Of a DNA stretch of 64,000 nt, positions 35,242-46,944 are shown piece after piece. The notes beneath the pieces are model-generated. The model did not search any database, had not been told where the DNA came from, and saw only the letters and a program-made list of their open reading frames with translations. Source of the stretch: Amphiscolops sp. MND2022 (taxonomy: Eukaryota). A program made the position numbers and the translations under genes. Every line of letters begins with the position of its first letter. Position 1 is the first letter of the stretch. The stretch covers positions 91,638,001 through 91,702,000 of the forward strand of contig OZ076409.1 in the NCBI GenBank assembly GCA_964187785.1, in the 5' to 3' direction.

Positions 35242-36956
35242 GTTTTTTTGGTCATCTTTGCTGGATGAAGTTTGAGAACTGGATGATGTTGGCTTGTAGT
35301 GAGGTTTGGAGGCCTTAGAGTCAGGATCATTGTCTGACGCGTCCTCTGGTCTGGTGCGTTTGGGTTTAAGGTGCGCACCTGCTCCCTGCCAACATCTCTC
35401 TTCAGGATGGTTGGTTTTGCCACAAGTACTGCATTTGAGGTAGGTTTTTTTCTCGGTCGGTTTGCCTTGTTGGGCTTCTTTCACCTTTTTCTTCTTGAGT
35501 TTCTCGCAATCCTTGACCATATGACCCTTTTCCTTGCAGTAGGTGCATGTGATGTCGCTCATCTGTGCCTTGGACGGAACAGTTTTGTTTTTCGGGGTTG
35601 AAGATGTCATTGATGCCATTGTAAGGTCGTCGGACTCTTCAAGAGCATCTAACTCCAACTCTCTCTCGAGGTGAGCGACGATTTCATCATAGGAGCCATT
35701 TTCTAATCTAGCCATATTAACTGATCTTTTTAGTTTCGGTGGCAGTTTTGCGTATAGGAGGCTGTCAATCATCTTTTGGGCGTTGTCTCCAAACGCTTTT
35801 CTGCACCTTGCTTCAATTCTTCAAGGAAATCTGGTAGTTTTGTTGTGTTTGGATCAAACACCAGACGGTGCCATTTGTGTTTGGCAGTTGCTTGAGATTC
35901 AGGTTTGACGTATTTTCGTTGGAAAATGACTAATACGTCTTCAAGGGTCTGTTTATTAGCTGTGCTAATGTTTCGGAATGTTTGTAAGGCGTTTTTCCTT
36001 AACAGCGAATGGAAATGATTAAATTTCATTTGTTCAGACATTTCAGGCTGCATATTGATCATCGTGTGGAACAGATCCTCGAACAGCTCAAATTTCTCAC
36101 TTTTGCCATCGAAAGTCATTGTGTTTGAGTTGACTGGGCGGATAGTGAGCTGTTGGGCTGAAGGACGATTCTGCATGCTTGTCAGGACATCAGCCAGTCG
36201 GTTGATGGGATCTAGTTCAGGGGCCTGAGCATTCCTTTCTTGTGCTGGGATCGTCGTGTCTAGTAGTGGGTCGAAGTTGTCATGGGAACTGTGAAGATGG
36301 TTTCTGGGTGGCATTCGTCCCGTGAGAAACTCAGGAGCTTTGATTGGAAATTCGTTGTCTCCTGTCACCATGTCGTAAGCACGTAAGTTAGACTGACTAC
36401 CATTTTGGTAATCAAAGCGCTGCTCACTTCTATTGCTTTTCTTGGCTTTCTCACCATAGATCTCTTCGGAGTTCACTTCCGGTCTCTCGGACCGAACGTT
36501 CCATTCATTTAGTGTCGATTGTCCCGATCCGGCATTTAGGACAGATTGGATTTGCGGTAAAATTTGACCACTGATCGCATCTTTGATTGCCCTCTGGATC
36601 TGGGTATTAACACTAATCATCATATCATCAAGTTCCCTAGACAATCTCGAATTCAACTCACTTGACAACCTGTTGATCTCGGCACTTGTATTATCTCCTG
36701 TTGAATTTCGGCCATGATTGGCACTAGTACCGGGGTCGAAACTACATGTTTCCAGGTAATTATTTTCACCATTGTTTTCAAATTCATATCTTGAGACGCT
36801 TCTTGGTCCCCTAGCCTGATTACTTTTGACGCTCTCATCTCTTACATTCCTGCTATAATGGTTTTCACCAAGCATGATCTCTAAGTTTTCTATATCCGAG
36901 AGCATCTCTATTCCTCTCGATTTCCTCGCTTTCTTTTGTTTCCTAGTCACAGGCAT
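35239..36956 (-). pseudogene. gag: Element A gag (one frameshift near 35790); two CCHC zinc knuckles
   Basis: FDGKSEKFELF capsid-type motif; CTYCKEKGHMVKDC and CSTCGKTNHPEERC. Confidence 0.9.
36357..36370 (-). promoter_or_regulatory. Primer-binding site TGGTGACAGGAGAC (possibly tRNA-Leu)
   Basis: TGG directly abuts the LTR-terminal CA; TGGTGACAGGAGA is also present in B at 45815 and 59731. The tRNA identity is an inference. Confidence 0.75.
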
Positions 36957-38235
36957 CAAGACAGAACCGGGTCAAATAGTTCAATTATATAAACCGGAAA
37001 ACTAGTTGAGAATCGTTATATCAATTCAATCTTTATCAAAGCAGAGATGTGAATCTATGACTTTTCCTCTCGAAACATGGGTATATATACTCTCAAAAGG
37101 TGACAGCCACATTCCACGGATTCTTTGATTAAGAGAATATTACATGATCGCGGCCTTAACAGGTCACGAGATAAACATCATCATTATTACTAGTGAAGTA
37201 ATCAACACTTCAAAGCACATATTTGAGTGAAACCCCAATCGGGTAAATTCCCGACATTCAGGTAATTTCTGAGAATCCAACATCAAATAAATAGCACTTC
37301 GGTAGGTACACAGACCGCACCTCTGAGTATTGTTTTATGAAAACATCATCACCATTATCTTGTCAACAAATACCAATACTCACTGGAGGAATGTAAGAGG
37401 CATCTTTTTTGGAATGTCATTGTGACACGCGTTGCCACGTGTTTATTATTTAACACAGGTTGAAACAAAATCAAATATTACATGATCAGCTTGTTTAAAA
37501 TAGTACTACACTATCAAAATAACACACTTTTTATCAAGGCCGAAAATGGACAAATCCGGTTTATTAATCCAGCATCGTAATAAGGGAGGGCAAAGGCCTT
37601 ATTCGGCCTTTAAATTAGCACTAGGTCTACTAGGTTCATTGATCGGGGTGGAGGCTTTCATTCATCATTAGGGATACATTTCTAGCAATTTCCGATTAAT
37701 ATGGTTAATTACACGAGTTTACAATTCACTTCATCTAGGTGGCCGGAATCGGCCATTTGACTAAAGCGTGTAGTGAAGTATATATATTGAGTCAATTGGC
37801 CGTACTCGGCCACTACACAATCAAAGCAGTACTAATATAGCAAAGAGAAGCGATGTGATTGGCTAAAATGCTGAGCTCAAGTGACGTCTCCGGAATAAGA
37901 AATTCGTTCACTTGAACTCGTTTCCTTTACGCTATACAGCTACATTGTCACGTATTACGTTTACAATTGCAAAGCGCCTTTCAATCTTTGAAACCACAAC
38001 AATATTCTTTGGACCTTCAAATGTAACTTTTAACAGACTAATTTTACATGTGCAAGTATATATATTAAAGGTAGCAACATCAACAAACATAATATGTATT
38101 GTATAACAAAATGACGTAGAAGTCCTAAGTTTAAAGTTTAGCCCGATCAATAGATGGGTAGTGTTCCGGGTACAAACTCCTGTCCGTTCGCCGACGTAGT
38201 CACCGTCGTACCGTCACAGGCGGCAGCCTGCGACA
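36371..38235 (-). repeat. 5' LTR of element A
   Basis: Direct repeat of 22213-24077; TG...CA ends with 8/10 terminal inverted repeat; about 21 substitutions counted by eye in the gag-containing ~590 bp. Confidence 0.95.
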
Positions 38236-38240
38236 TCATC

Positions 38241-38500
38241 GAATCTTTAACAGAATCTCCATAGCTTGCATTTTCAACAATGTTTGTCATTGGGGAATAA
38301 AACATCAATTTTTTAATTGGACAAACACCATTCAGGTTGAGGTTTTCTATCCCATGACAGCATCGAGCATTGTCCATGATGCAGACGCAGTTCATATCCA
38401 TTCCGGACTGAACCAACAAATTGCCACAAACGATTTGCAAGAAACTTGTAAAACGTTCTTTTGTTACTCCTCCTGAATAAATTTGTGAGGACACTTATCG
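38241..38500 (-). pseudogene. Tc1/mariner (IS630-Tc1) transposase relic, target of element A; continues at ~22121-22207
   Basis: CIMDNARC.HG...YSPMTNIVE resembles the second-D to E motif; the sequence rejoined across the TSD aligns with the + copy at ~39100-39215. Confidence 0.6.
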
Positions 38501-38518
38501 AATTACTCTTTCTCCTAT

Positions 38519-38826
38519 TATTTTCCGCCCACATAAAATGGGGGAGGAAAATCATAATCTGTGTTGCGTGTTTTTCCAAATTCTGCCAAATCTCCACGAT
38601 CTCCATCTTTTGATTACTTTACTATTTTAGTGAGGTACTTGACTATTTCAGTTACTTGTCATCTCCACGATCTCCATATTTTTATCATCTCTCCACGAAC
38701 TCCATCTTTTAGTTACTTGACTATTTTAGTTACTATCAATCAATAGGTTGTGGGTTCGAATCTCGCCTCCGCCTGATGTGTTTTGACAAGGCGGAAAATA
38801 TCCCGGTGTTTAGCGGGCGTCTTGTT
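38519..38826 (+). mobile_element. HINE family 2 copy with tRNA B-box segment
   Basis: 11-bp subTIR tattttccgcc / ggcggaaaata; 3' cccg...cggg stem-loop then cttgtt; ggttcgaatctc at ~38753; internal repeats tctccacgatctccat and ttacttgactattt. Confidence 0.6.
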
Positions 38827-38899
38827 TGTTATCGGCCTTGGGTTCTTCTTCTGGTGTTAAAATTGTCGCCAAACTCATCGATAAACACTTTTTTCGCCT

Positions 38900-39230
38900 A
38901 CAGTTTTTCTTGTGTGTGGCAGTTTGAATGTTCATTACGGAATGAATATGAACTGCTTCTGAATCATGGACAATGCTCATGCCATCATGGAATAGAAAAC
39001 CTCAACCTGAATGGCGTTTGTCCAATTTAAAAATTGTCACCTCATTCCCGAATGATCCTCATGGTTGAAAATACAATTTCTGAAATTAAAGCCAAAGAGT
39101 ATATTAAAGATTCAATGATATCACGCATGACTCCAACAAGTCAACAGCTAAATGTGACAGGAATCTTGATCAGTATCAAAACCGCGTCATGAAAACATCA
39201 CCATTACAGTAGAAAATGTGTCAATTCATT
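38900..39230 (+). pseudogene. Second Tc1-like transposase relic, inverted relative to the first
   Basis: atcatggacaatgctc...atagaaaacctcaacctgaatgg.gtttgtccaatt is shared with ~38317-38380 reverse. Confidence 0.55.
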
Positions 39231-39282
39231 GTAAGTCTTTCTAAATTGAATTGAGTTTTGGACAAATTTGTTCGTTTTTCAG

Positions 39283-39432
39283 GCAAACAAGAAGATCTGT
39301 CAACGATTAGAAGGCGAGGCCGATGAAGACGAAGATAAAACCAACCAGACACCACCAGGCGCGTGGTTCCTTCTTGTCGTCCTGGCAATCATCATCTACC
39401 TGCTGCTCCTCATATTTCCCGCCGACCCCCAG
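39283..39432 (+). CDS. TMEM8/myomaker-like protein, exon 4
   Basis: ttcgtttttcag acceptor; 50 open codons ANKKIC...PPGAWFLLVVLAIIIYLLLLIFPADPQ (PG followed by a TM helix); GTTAGG donor; phase 0/0. Confidence 0.7.
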
Positions 39433-39462
39433 GTTAGGGTGTAAAACAAACAGCTTTCTAAA

Positions 39463-39625
39463 CCTGGTAGGGCGTCCGCCTGCCAGTCAGCAGGTCGTGG
39501 GTTCGAACCCATGCTGTAGCCTGAAAGTTTTTTCTGCTTTCCTAGGCGGCACGTCACTTTAGCAATATTTTTTGCAATACGAGTGTGGCGGAAAATATCC
39601 CGGTGCTTAGCGGGCATCTTGTTTG
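39463..39625 (+). mobile_element. Partial HINE family 2 copy with tRNA-like segment
   Basis: ggttcgaaccc B box; ggcggaaaatatcccggtgcttagcgggcatcttgtt 3' end. Confidence 0.55.
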
Positions 39626-39909
39626 TTTTCATTCCCCTTGTTTTTATCCAACAAATGAAATGATTTTAGAATACAATGGAAGCGTTACAAACTTCAAACC
39701 TCAATTTCTATTGGTTGTTTGAACTCCAAAAATGGATAAAAATTTTGGAATATTCTGAATTGTTCAATCAAAATCACAGACTTATTTGAAACAAAAGATT
39801 CTGATGTTCGAAATGAACATTCAATTGTATTCAGCTTGAATTTGTTTGCCATTGATATTTTCATTCACGAAACTTCAAATGTATTCATCCTTTTTTACCC
39901 TTTCTTCAG

Positions 39910-40035
39910 GCATCCACAGCGTCGCTGGTTGTTCACGCGTTTGTTCACATCATCTGGCACGGAGTCCTCAGCACAGCTGCCGCTCTCATGATCAACCCTC
40001 TGAGCGAAATTTCATTCACAGTCAAGAAAGATTAA
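39910..40035 (+). CDS. TMEM8/myomaker-like protein, last coding exon
   Basis: tttcttcag acceptor; ASTASLVVHAFVHIIWHGVLSTAAALMINP...KKD*; HxxWH is the CREST-family TM7 motif. Confidence 0.75.
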   Translation, partial: ASTASLVVHAFVHIIWHGVLSTAAALMINPLSEISFTVKKD

Positions 40036-41099
40036 AACAGAACATTTTGGGACTCTTTTCTGTCCCCTCCCCCACCACCATTTTTTTCGAAAATTAGTGA
40101 AAACAATGAAACAAAAAGACTCGAAAACAAACCAGAAACCTTCAATTCTAAATTTATTCTCCGAGTGGCAGCTTAGAATCGAGATACAAACTTTGTTCTT
40201 ACGATTTTCAGGAAATCAACAACTTCCTGTGTTGCGCCACAAAAACTGCATTCGAACACAATTACAGTCAAAATCCGCGAAAAATATTTTGTTCAAAGAA
40301 AACACTTTTCTAATGGGCGTTAACTTCCTGTTATGGAAAAAGATTTTTTAAAATACGCCAGTCTGATTCTTTTCGAATTTTTTTAAAAATTCTGGTAGTG
40401 GGGGGGGGCAGAAAAGAACCCATTTCGGATAATTAGCAATATAAGAGTGCACAAGTGTTACTTTGTGATGGCTTTCAAACCTGTGATACGTAGTTCATTT
40501 ACGAATGCTGTAGACCTGATGTAATGAAATATTTTTGAACTTGATCTTTTGAAAGTTGATTCTCTGAAAAGAGTTCGACGTGAAAGTCGTAGCAGAATTA
40601 GGCCACATGAGTTGAAACGTAGAAAATTCTAGATGACATCTCAGTCCGCTTGCATAGCTCCAGTACATCAAGGTTTCAGATGTTACCGAGGTTTGAAGTA
40701 CTTGCACTTTTCCAAACTCTTTAATTTAAAAATAATTTGCAACCGAAAAGATTCACAACATTTTCGGTTTGTGCCAGAGTTGGTTAAAAATGTTTAAAAA
40801 TATTATTATACGTTTCAAACGTTATAAGCATTTGAGAAATGAAAAACCTCAATTCATTTCATTATCACAAAAAGTACTCAGAAAAAGAAGCTGAATTCAG
40901 CAAGTGCATACAAAATGCCAGTTTAGGGACTTTCTCAGGTTTCAATCTATTCCGAATTCCAGAATGTACATGACCCATAGATAAACTACTTTGTTGTATT
41001 CTAGACTTGTAAAATGAAACAGCTTTCTAAAATAGTTTCTATTCCATATCAAACGTAATATAGCGTAACAAAACTTAAAGTGATATATCAGAGATTTAT

Positions 41100-41990
41100 A
41101 CCAAGTGTTTTTGTTTGTACATAAGGCCGGTAATGAGTATGACCGAAACTCGGAAGAGGTTAAATGTCTACTCCGGTAATTGACGGTTGAACCGGATAAC
41201 ATTTCCTCGTCTCTGTCGGGCTTCTCCAGAATTGTGAAGAGGGGCCGGGTGGTGTCATGCCGAACGGAAGAAAGTCCGGTGGCTTCTGCACCAATTCCGA
41301 CAGTGGTTGTGGAGTACCTTTTGAGCGGCTCCAAATTGGTCCTGTAACAACAACATGTTAGTCACATACAAAAGTTTCCTTGATATGGGGCACTACTGTA
41401 CCTATTCGGTTTATTAACATTTCGATTTGACCGTCTAATATTAAGTTTTGAGTTCTCGTACCTTCCGTCTCTCTCTGACGTATCGTAAATAATCCGGCTT
41501 CCTCTGGTATCTCTTGTTCTTCATCCTCATCATCATCATCATCATCATCATCCTCCGGATCTGTCTCGGTGCGGTTTTTGTTCTGAACAATTCGGAACTT
41601 CCCGTACTTGCCATCTAGCCCTCTCAGGCAGTCACGGTTCTTCGGGGATATTTCAGTTTCAATTGTCGGTACCGTCTTTCTTCGGTGTCTTTTCACGCTC
41701 TGAAACAGAGATCCCGAAATAATTTTCGCTCTATGATTTTCCCGTATCTGTTTTTAGGGTGCTTTTGGTTCCGTTTATTGCGGTTTGTATTTTTGGTTGA
41801 AACCTCCCCTTTAAGGATTTTCGGTTGTGTCTCTTTTCAACAACCTTGAAAGAATATCTAACCGGTGCTTTCTTCTTCGGTGACTTTGCTTTCGAAGCCA
41901 GTTGCCGTTCTTCGGTCTTCGTGTGGGCCATCACCATTGGGTTGGTGATTTCCCACTCAGCATCCCTTCCGACTTAACCGGAGTTATTTT
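41100..41990 (-). mobile_element. Degenerate coding fragment, probably the 3' end of an unrelated retroelement
   Basis: Coding-like composition; broken basic/acidic ORFs 41731-41937 and 41358-41696 with a (GAT)n run; no diagnostic catalytic motif. Confidence 0.3.
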
Positions 41991-43907
41991 AGAGCGGCGC
42001 CTTTCTGGTTTCTCTTCACTTTTAAATGTTTTCCAAACCACCAGACACTGGGGCTCAAAATTTTCAACTTGACTCTGTTTTTGTTTCATTAGCAATAATG
42101 ACTTTAAGATGCTTTAAGACGCCCAGGACCTTCAAAATGATCTGGTCTGTTCTCGAGTTTGCAACCTGTCAGCTTGAGTTCTCAAAATTTTCTGGAAAAG
42201 TATTTTTTTGGACTTTTTCAGTCGAAAATTTTCGCGAAACTCTAGAAGACAACCATTGCCTGAATTGTGTCCTGAATGATCACTGGAATTTTCGGATTTA
42301 CGGTTTTTTATAAGAATCCCGTGTTTTACACACACCACGGATTGCAATTATGTCACAGATTAGACAATTGTTCGAGTGAAGTAAAAGAGTTTGATGACGT
42401 AACGTGGGAGTTCAATTTAGGAGTTTTTTTTTGAAAAGAAAAGGAGCCGTGCCGAATAACACCACCCCCTCCCCCGTGAGAAGCAGTTTTTTGATCGAGC
42501 TGATGTTAATCGAAACTCATATCTCCCCAGGGTCCCGGGGAATTAACGAAATTAGTCATATTATACTTGGAATTGATACCTCGCATTTAGTTATTCTTGA
42601 TTGATGATTATAAAGAGTCAATTTCATTATCACTTTTAAAAATTAAATAGATTGTTAAAACTCTCTTTTCTTGAACATTTGAGTGGAGCCGAAAAGCATA
42701 TTGGAGAGAAAACCACCCTAGTCAGTTTAGCGAAAGTCTTACTCACCAAATAAAACCTTTCTGAAAGTTAAATTTTTGGGACATGGGAAATCTCTCCGCC
42801 ATAAAAATTTAGATTTTCTACAATCATGTTTTGAAACTTACTTGCTACACACTGGTTGTTGGGTAGTTAATGAGCACAAGAAGTTGCCTGTAACAAAGGC
42901 TCACTTAGGAAGTCACCAGCATTCTTGAGAAAAGTATGAAACAGAATTGTGCAAAAAAAACATGCGTGTCCAAACCTTTTTGGTTTCACGATGAAACTTT
43001 CTTTCAATAAAACTCAGTGATCAATTTTAAAACGTACGTGAAAATCTTTCGCACGAGAAACGCACTTTAAGAACGGAAAATATCAAAAATGACATCAAAA
43101 AGTTACGAAAAAAAAACAACTGTTGAAAACACTGCAAACGGGGATAATTCATCCTCTGCTGCTTTCGGAAACGAAAATGAATTTCACAGCAGCGCGGAAC
43201 TTGAAGGCACGTTTGTGAATAGTCTTTCGGGCTACTGAAGGCTTTTTTGATAGCTGAAACCAAACTTGATAGGTAATACTTCATAGGTAATACCCTTCGG
43301 TGAGTTGTATAAACTTTGCAAAAAAGGAAGCACAAAAGAAGGGGTCTGGCATTTTAAACCTATTGCTTTCTTTACGACGACTTGAAACCATCAGCAAAAC
43401 TGAACCAGTTGACCAAGGCGTCCACTGAGCACCGGATATTGCAAGAAAACGTATGGCTAAAGTGGGACTCGAAAGCTCGGAAAACTACTCAAATAAGCAA
43501 AAAAAAGTATGGCGGCGCCGACGCAGTACCTACGAAATCAGAAACAAACCGGCAACTGTCTAAGTTTGTGCCTCGCCTAAAGCTCAAAACCCATAAAAAG
43601 TACTCGAAAGCGTCAATGATTTTCTTTCGAGCAACTTCTCATTTCACAGTATCGAAAAAACCGAAGGCGGTCCTTTTCGAAGGTGGTACATTATTCCCCA
43701 ACTTCTGCCTCCTCCGTAGTGAAAGGCAATTTACTTCGGAAATGACGTCCAAATTCGGATATAGCGCAATAATTTTGAACTGCCATTTCCACCTTAGTAA
43801 AACCCAATTTACTTCAGACAAAATGTCAAAAATTCAGATATAGCGTGGTATGACAAATGGGAATAAGTAACTACAGTATCTAAACGGAATAATTACACTT
43901 GCGATAA

Positions 43908-45814
43908 GCCTGTGATGGCACCAACTATACGACTTCAACAGCTGGTCAAGATATAACACCCGTAACCTTACCTATCTATTGAAACACAAACTTGCAAAAC
44001 TACAAAACAGTACGATTAGTCAATTGAATTATTGGGGAAACACCGTTGCTACATTTCTATTTTTATTAGTCTGTTAAAATATTACGATATGGAAATATCC
44101 AAATCAGGCAGTTGTTAGATTCAAATGCTGTAATCGTAAAGTTGAAAGTTGGCAAAAAGCTGTGATAAATTGAGAGCAATTCAATCGCAGAAAGGAAACG
44201 TGTTCAAATGCGGAATTGTGCTGTCTCGGTGACGTAGCTGTCAGTACATTAATCAACCAATCAAATCGCTCCATTGCTGTACTTAGTGCATATTTAATAA
44301 ACTGGCCGAGTCAGGCCGGAAGACGCAACTTTACACTTCTTACTCAATATTTCAGTCATTAGGCCGGTTTCGGCCTCCTTCAAAGTAAAGTGCAAAGAGA
44401 AAGTTAACAACCATCATAATCAAGTATTGCTTGATTGTTTGTGCTTTTAATAATGAACATTGTCCCAGTACAAACTACCTAACAGCTTTTCATTTATAAT
44501 AACCAATTCTGAGCTAAAATCATTCACCCCCTCTATTCTGTTAAATTAAAATTAGTCAAGTGACCTGTTCCAGCCTAATCATATAATGACGTTACTTTCG
44601 TTTGTTCACTGTTAGTTGCTCTCAGTTTAGTTGCGCTATATAATCTGATGACCCTGAAAAATGTTAAACGATATTGTGCCAGATATGTCGAAGCTACCAA
44701 TCTTTGAACCCACCTAGACCATTATTTATGAAGCAATGTTAGGCCATGTGTCCATAATAGGCCGTTATACTATGTATTATTAACATGGAATCTCAGCATG
44801 TACTACTAGTGTTCTTTTAGTCAATAATCCTCACGTGGCGACGTAGCCAATAATTTGTACTAGAGTTGCTTTGTAATTTGTTTACATTCCTGAAGTGATT
44901 GCTCATTTGAAGTTGCGTTCTTTAGTGCATATCTATGTCAGGAATTTCCTTCTTTTAGGAAGCTTATTTGAATATGACATTCACGTTACCCTTTGTGGAA
45001 AAGTGTGTTTTTAAGTTAGGACATAAGTACTCTGATGTCATAGTTAGTAAATACTTCAAATATGTAGAAAATGTGATTGTCACCCTCCCGGAAGTATATA
45101 TACCCGTGTTTTCCTTGGGAAGGACACAATTTGTTTTATTCAAAGAGTATTTGTTACGCTTTTTTAGACTGCGAAACTGAATCACCATATAAAATATTTC
45201 AACTTGAAACCTCAATGCCTACTACTAGAAAACAAAAGAAGGCCAGGAAATCAAGAGGTTTAGAAATGCTTTCGGACATTAAAAACCTTGATAAAATGCT
45301 TGGTGAAAATCATTTCAACTCAAGAGAGAGAGAGAGAGAGAGAGAGAGACGAAAGTTTGAATAGTAATCTGGCTAGGAGGCCTGATAGTCCCATTAGTAA
45401 TAATTGGAAATGGTGATGAGAATCTGTGCCAGGAGCGTAGAGATACTAGTTAAGGAATTAATGCCGATTACGGCCAGAATTCAGCCGGTACTACATCTCA
45501 TGCTGAGATCAAGACATTGTCGAGCGAATTGATTTCTAGAATATCTAGAGAGATGGATGAGATGATGAACAGTGTCAGTGTTCAAATACAAAGAGCCATA
45601 AATGATGCTATTTGCAATCAAGTACTACCTCAGAATCAAAGTGCCATTATGGCCGGTTCAAGACACGCGACCAGAAAAAGATGGAACGTTTCAGCTGAGG
45701 AACCAGAACCAAATTCCGAAGTTCTACGGAATGTAGGGACTAGGGACATCGTGAGAAGTGAGCATACCCAAAATCGTCAAAATGACGACCAACCCAATCA
45801 CAATGCTTACGACA
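43908..45814 (+). repeat. LTR1 of element B
   Basis: Direct repeat of 57832-59730. Confidence 0.9.
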
Positions 45815-46944
45815 TGGTGACAGGAGAAAACGAATCTCAAATTGATGTTCCTGAGTTCCTCACGGGGCGAATGCCATCAAGAAGTCATCTCCACAAATCC
45901 TATGATGACCTCAATCCCTTTCTCGACATTACGATCCCAGCGCAAGAGAGGATCGTACCGGCCCCAGAACAAGATCCCATCAACAGGCTAGCTGACGTCT
46001 TGACGAGTACGCAGAATCGTCGAACAGCCCAACAACTCACTATTTGTCCGGTCAACTCACACACTATGACCTTCGACGGCAAAAGCGAGAAGTTCGAGCT
46101 GTTTGAAGATCTCTTCCACACAATGATCAAGATGCAGCCTGAAATGTCCGAACAAATGAAAATTAACCATTTTCATTCCTTGTTGAGAAAGAATGCTCTT
46201 CAAACACTCAGGAATATCAGCACGGTTAATAGACAATCTCTTTAGGACGTATTAGTCATCTTCAGACGAAAAAACGTCAAGCCTGAGTCTCAAGCGACTG
46301 CTAAACACAAATGGCACTGCTTGGTCTTTGACCCAAATACAATGAAGTTACCAGACTTCCTTGAAGAATTGAACCAAGGCACAGAAAAGGCGTTTGGAGA
46401 CAACGCCCAAAAGATGATTTACAGTCTCCTATACACAAAACTGCCACCGAAATTGAAGAGATCAGTCAACATGGCCAGATTAGAAAATGGATCATATGAC
46501 GAGATAGTTGCTCATTTAGAGAGAGAGATCTCGAGCTTAACGCCCTTGAGGAATCAGATGACCTACCCATGGCAACGATGACATCCTCATCGTCCAAGCC
46601 CAAAACCCCTCTCTCCACTGGGCAAACGTCCGATAGCACCTGCAATTATTGCAAGGAAAACGGCCATATGGTCAAGGACTGCGAAAATTGAAAAAGAAGA
46701 AAGAGAAGGATGCCCGTCAAGGCAAAATTACTCAGAAGAAAACATATCCCAAATGTGGGACTTGTGGCGAAACCAACCACCCAGAGGAAAGATGTTGGCA
46801 AGGTGCCGGCGCACCAAACCTAAGCGCACAAGACCCGAGGATTCGTCTGATAACGATCCCGATTCAAAAGCTCCTAAACCCCACAATAACCCAACATCAT
46901 CCGATATCCAGTCTTCATCCAAGAAAAACGAATAAAAAAACTAG
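45215..46944 (+). pseudogene. gag: Element B gag (disrupted)
   Basis: MPTTRKQKKARKSRGLEMLSDI; FDGKSEKFELF; two CCHC knuckles; stops and frameshifts. Confidence 0.9.

Larger units (their letters stand above)
22213..38235 (-). mobile_element. Full-length Ty3/Gypsy LTR retrotransposon, element A (16,023 bp), with two accessory genes
   Basis: Perfect 5-bp TSD TCATC (22208-22212 and 38236-38240); two 1865-bp LTRs TGTCGCAGGC...GCTTACGACA; PBS; domain order gag-PR-RT-RH-IN. Confidence 0.95.

Noticed and set aside
43382..43843. 153-aa ORF as a host gene
   Set aside because: Lies in a repeat similar to ~8650-9210 reverse; no motifs or convincing splice context.
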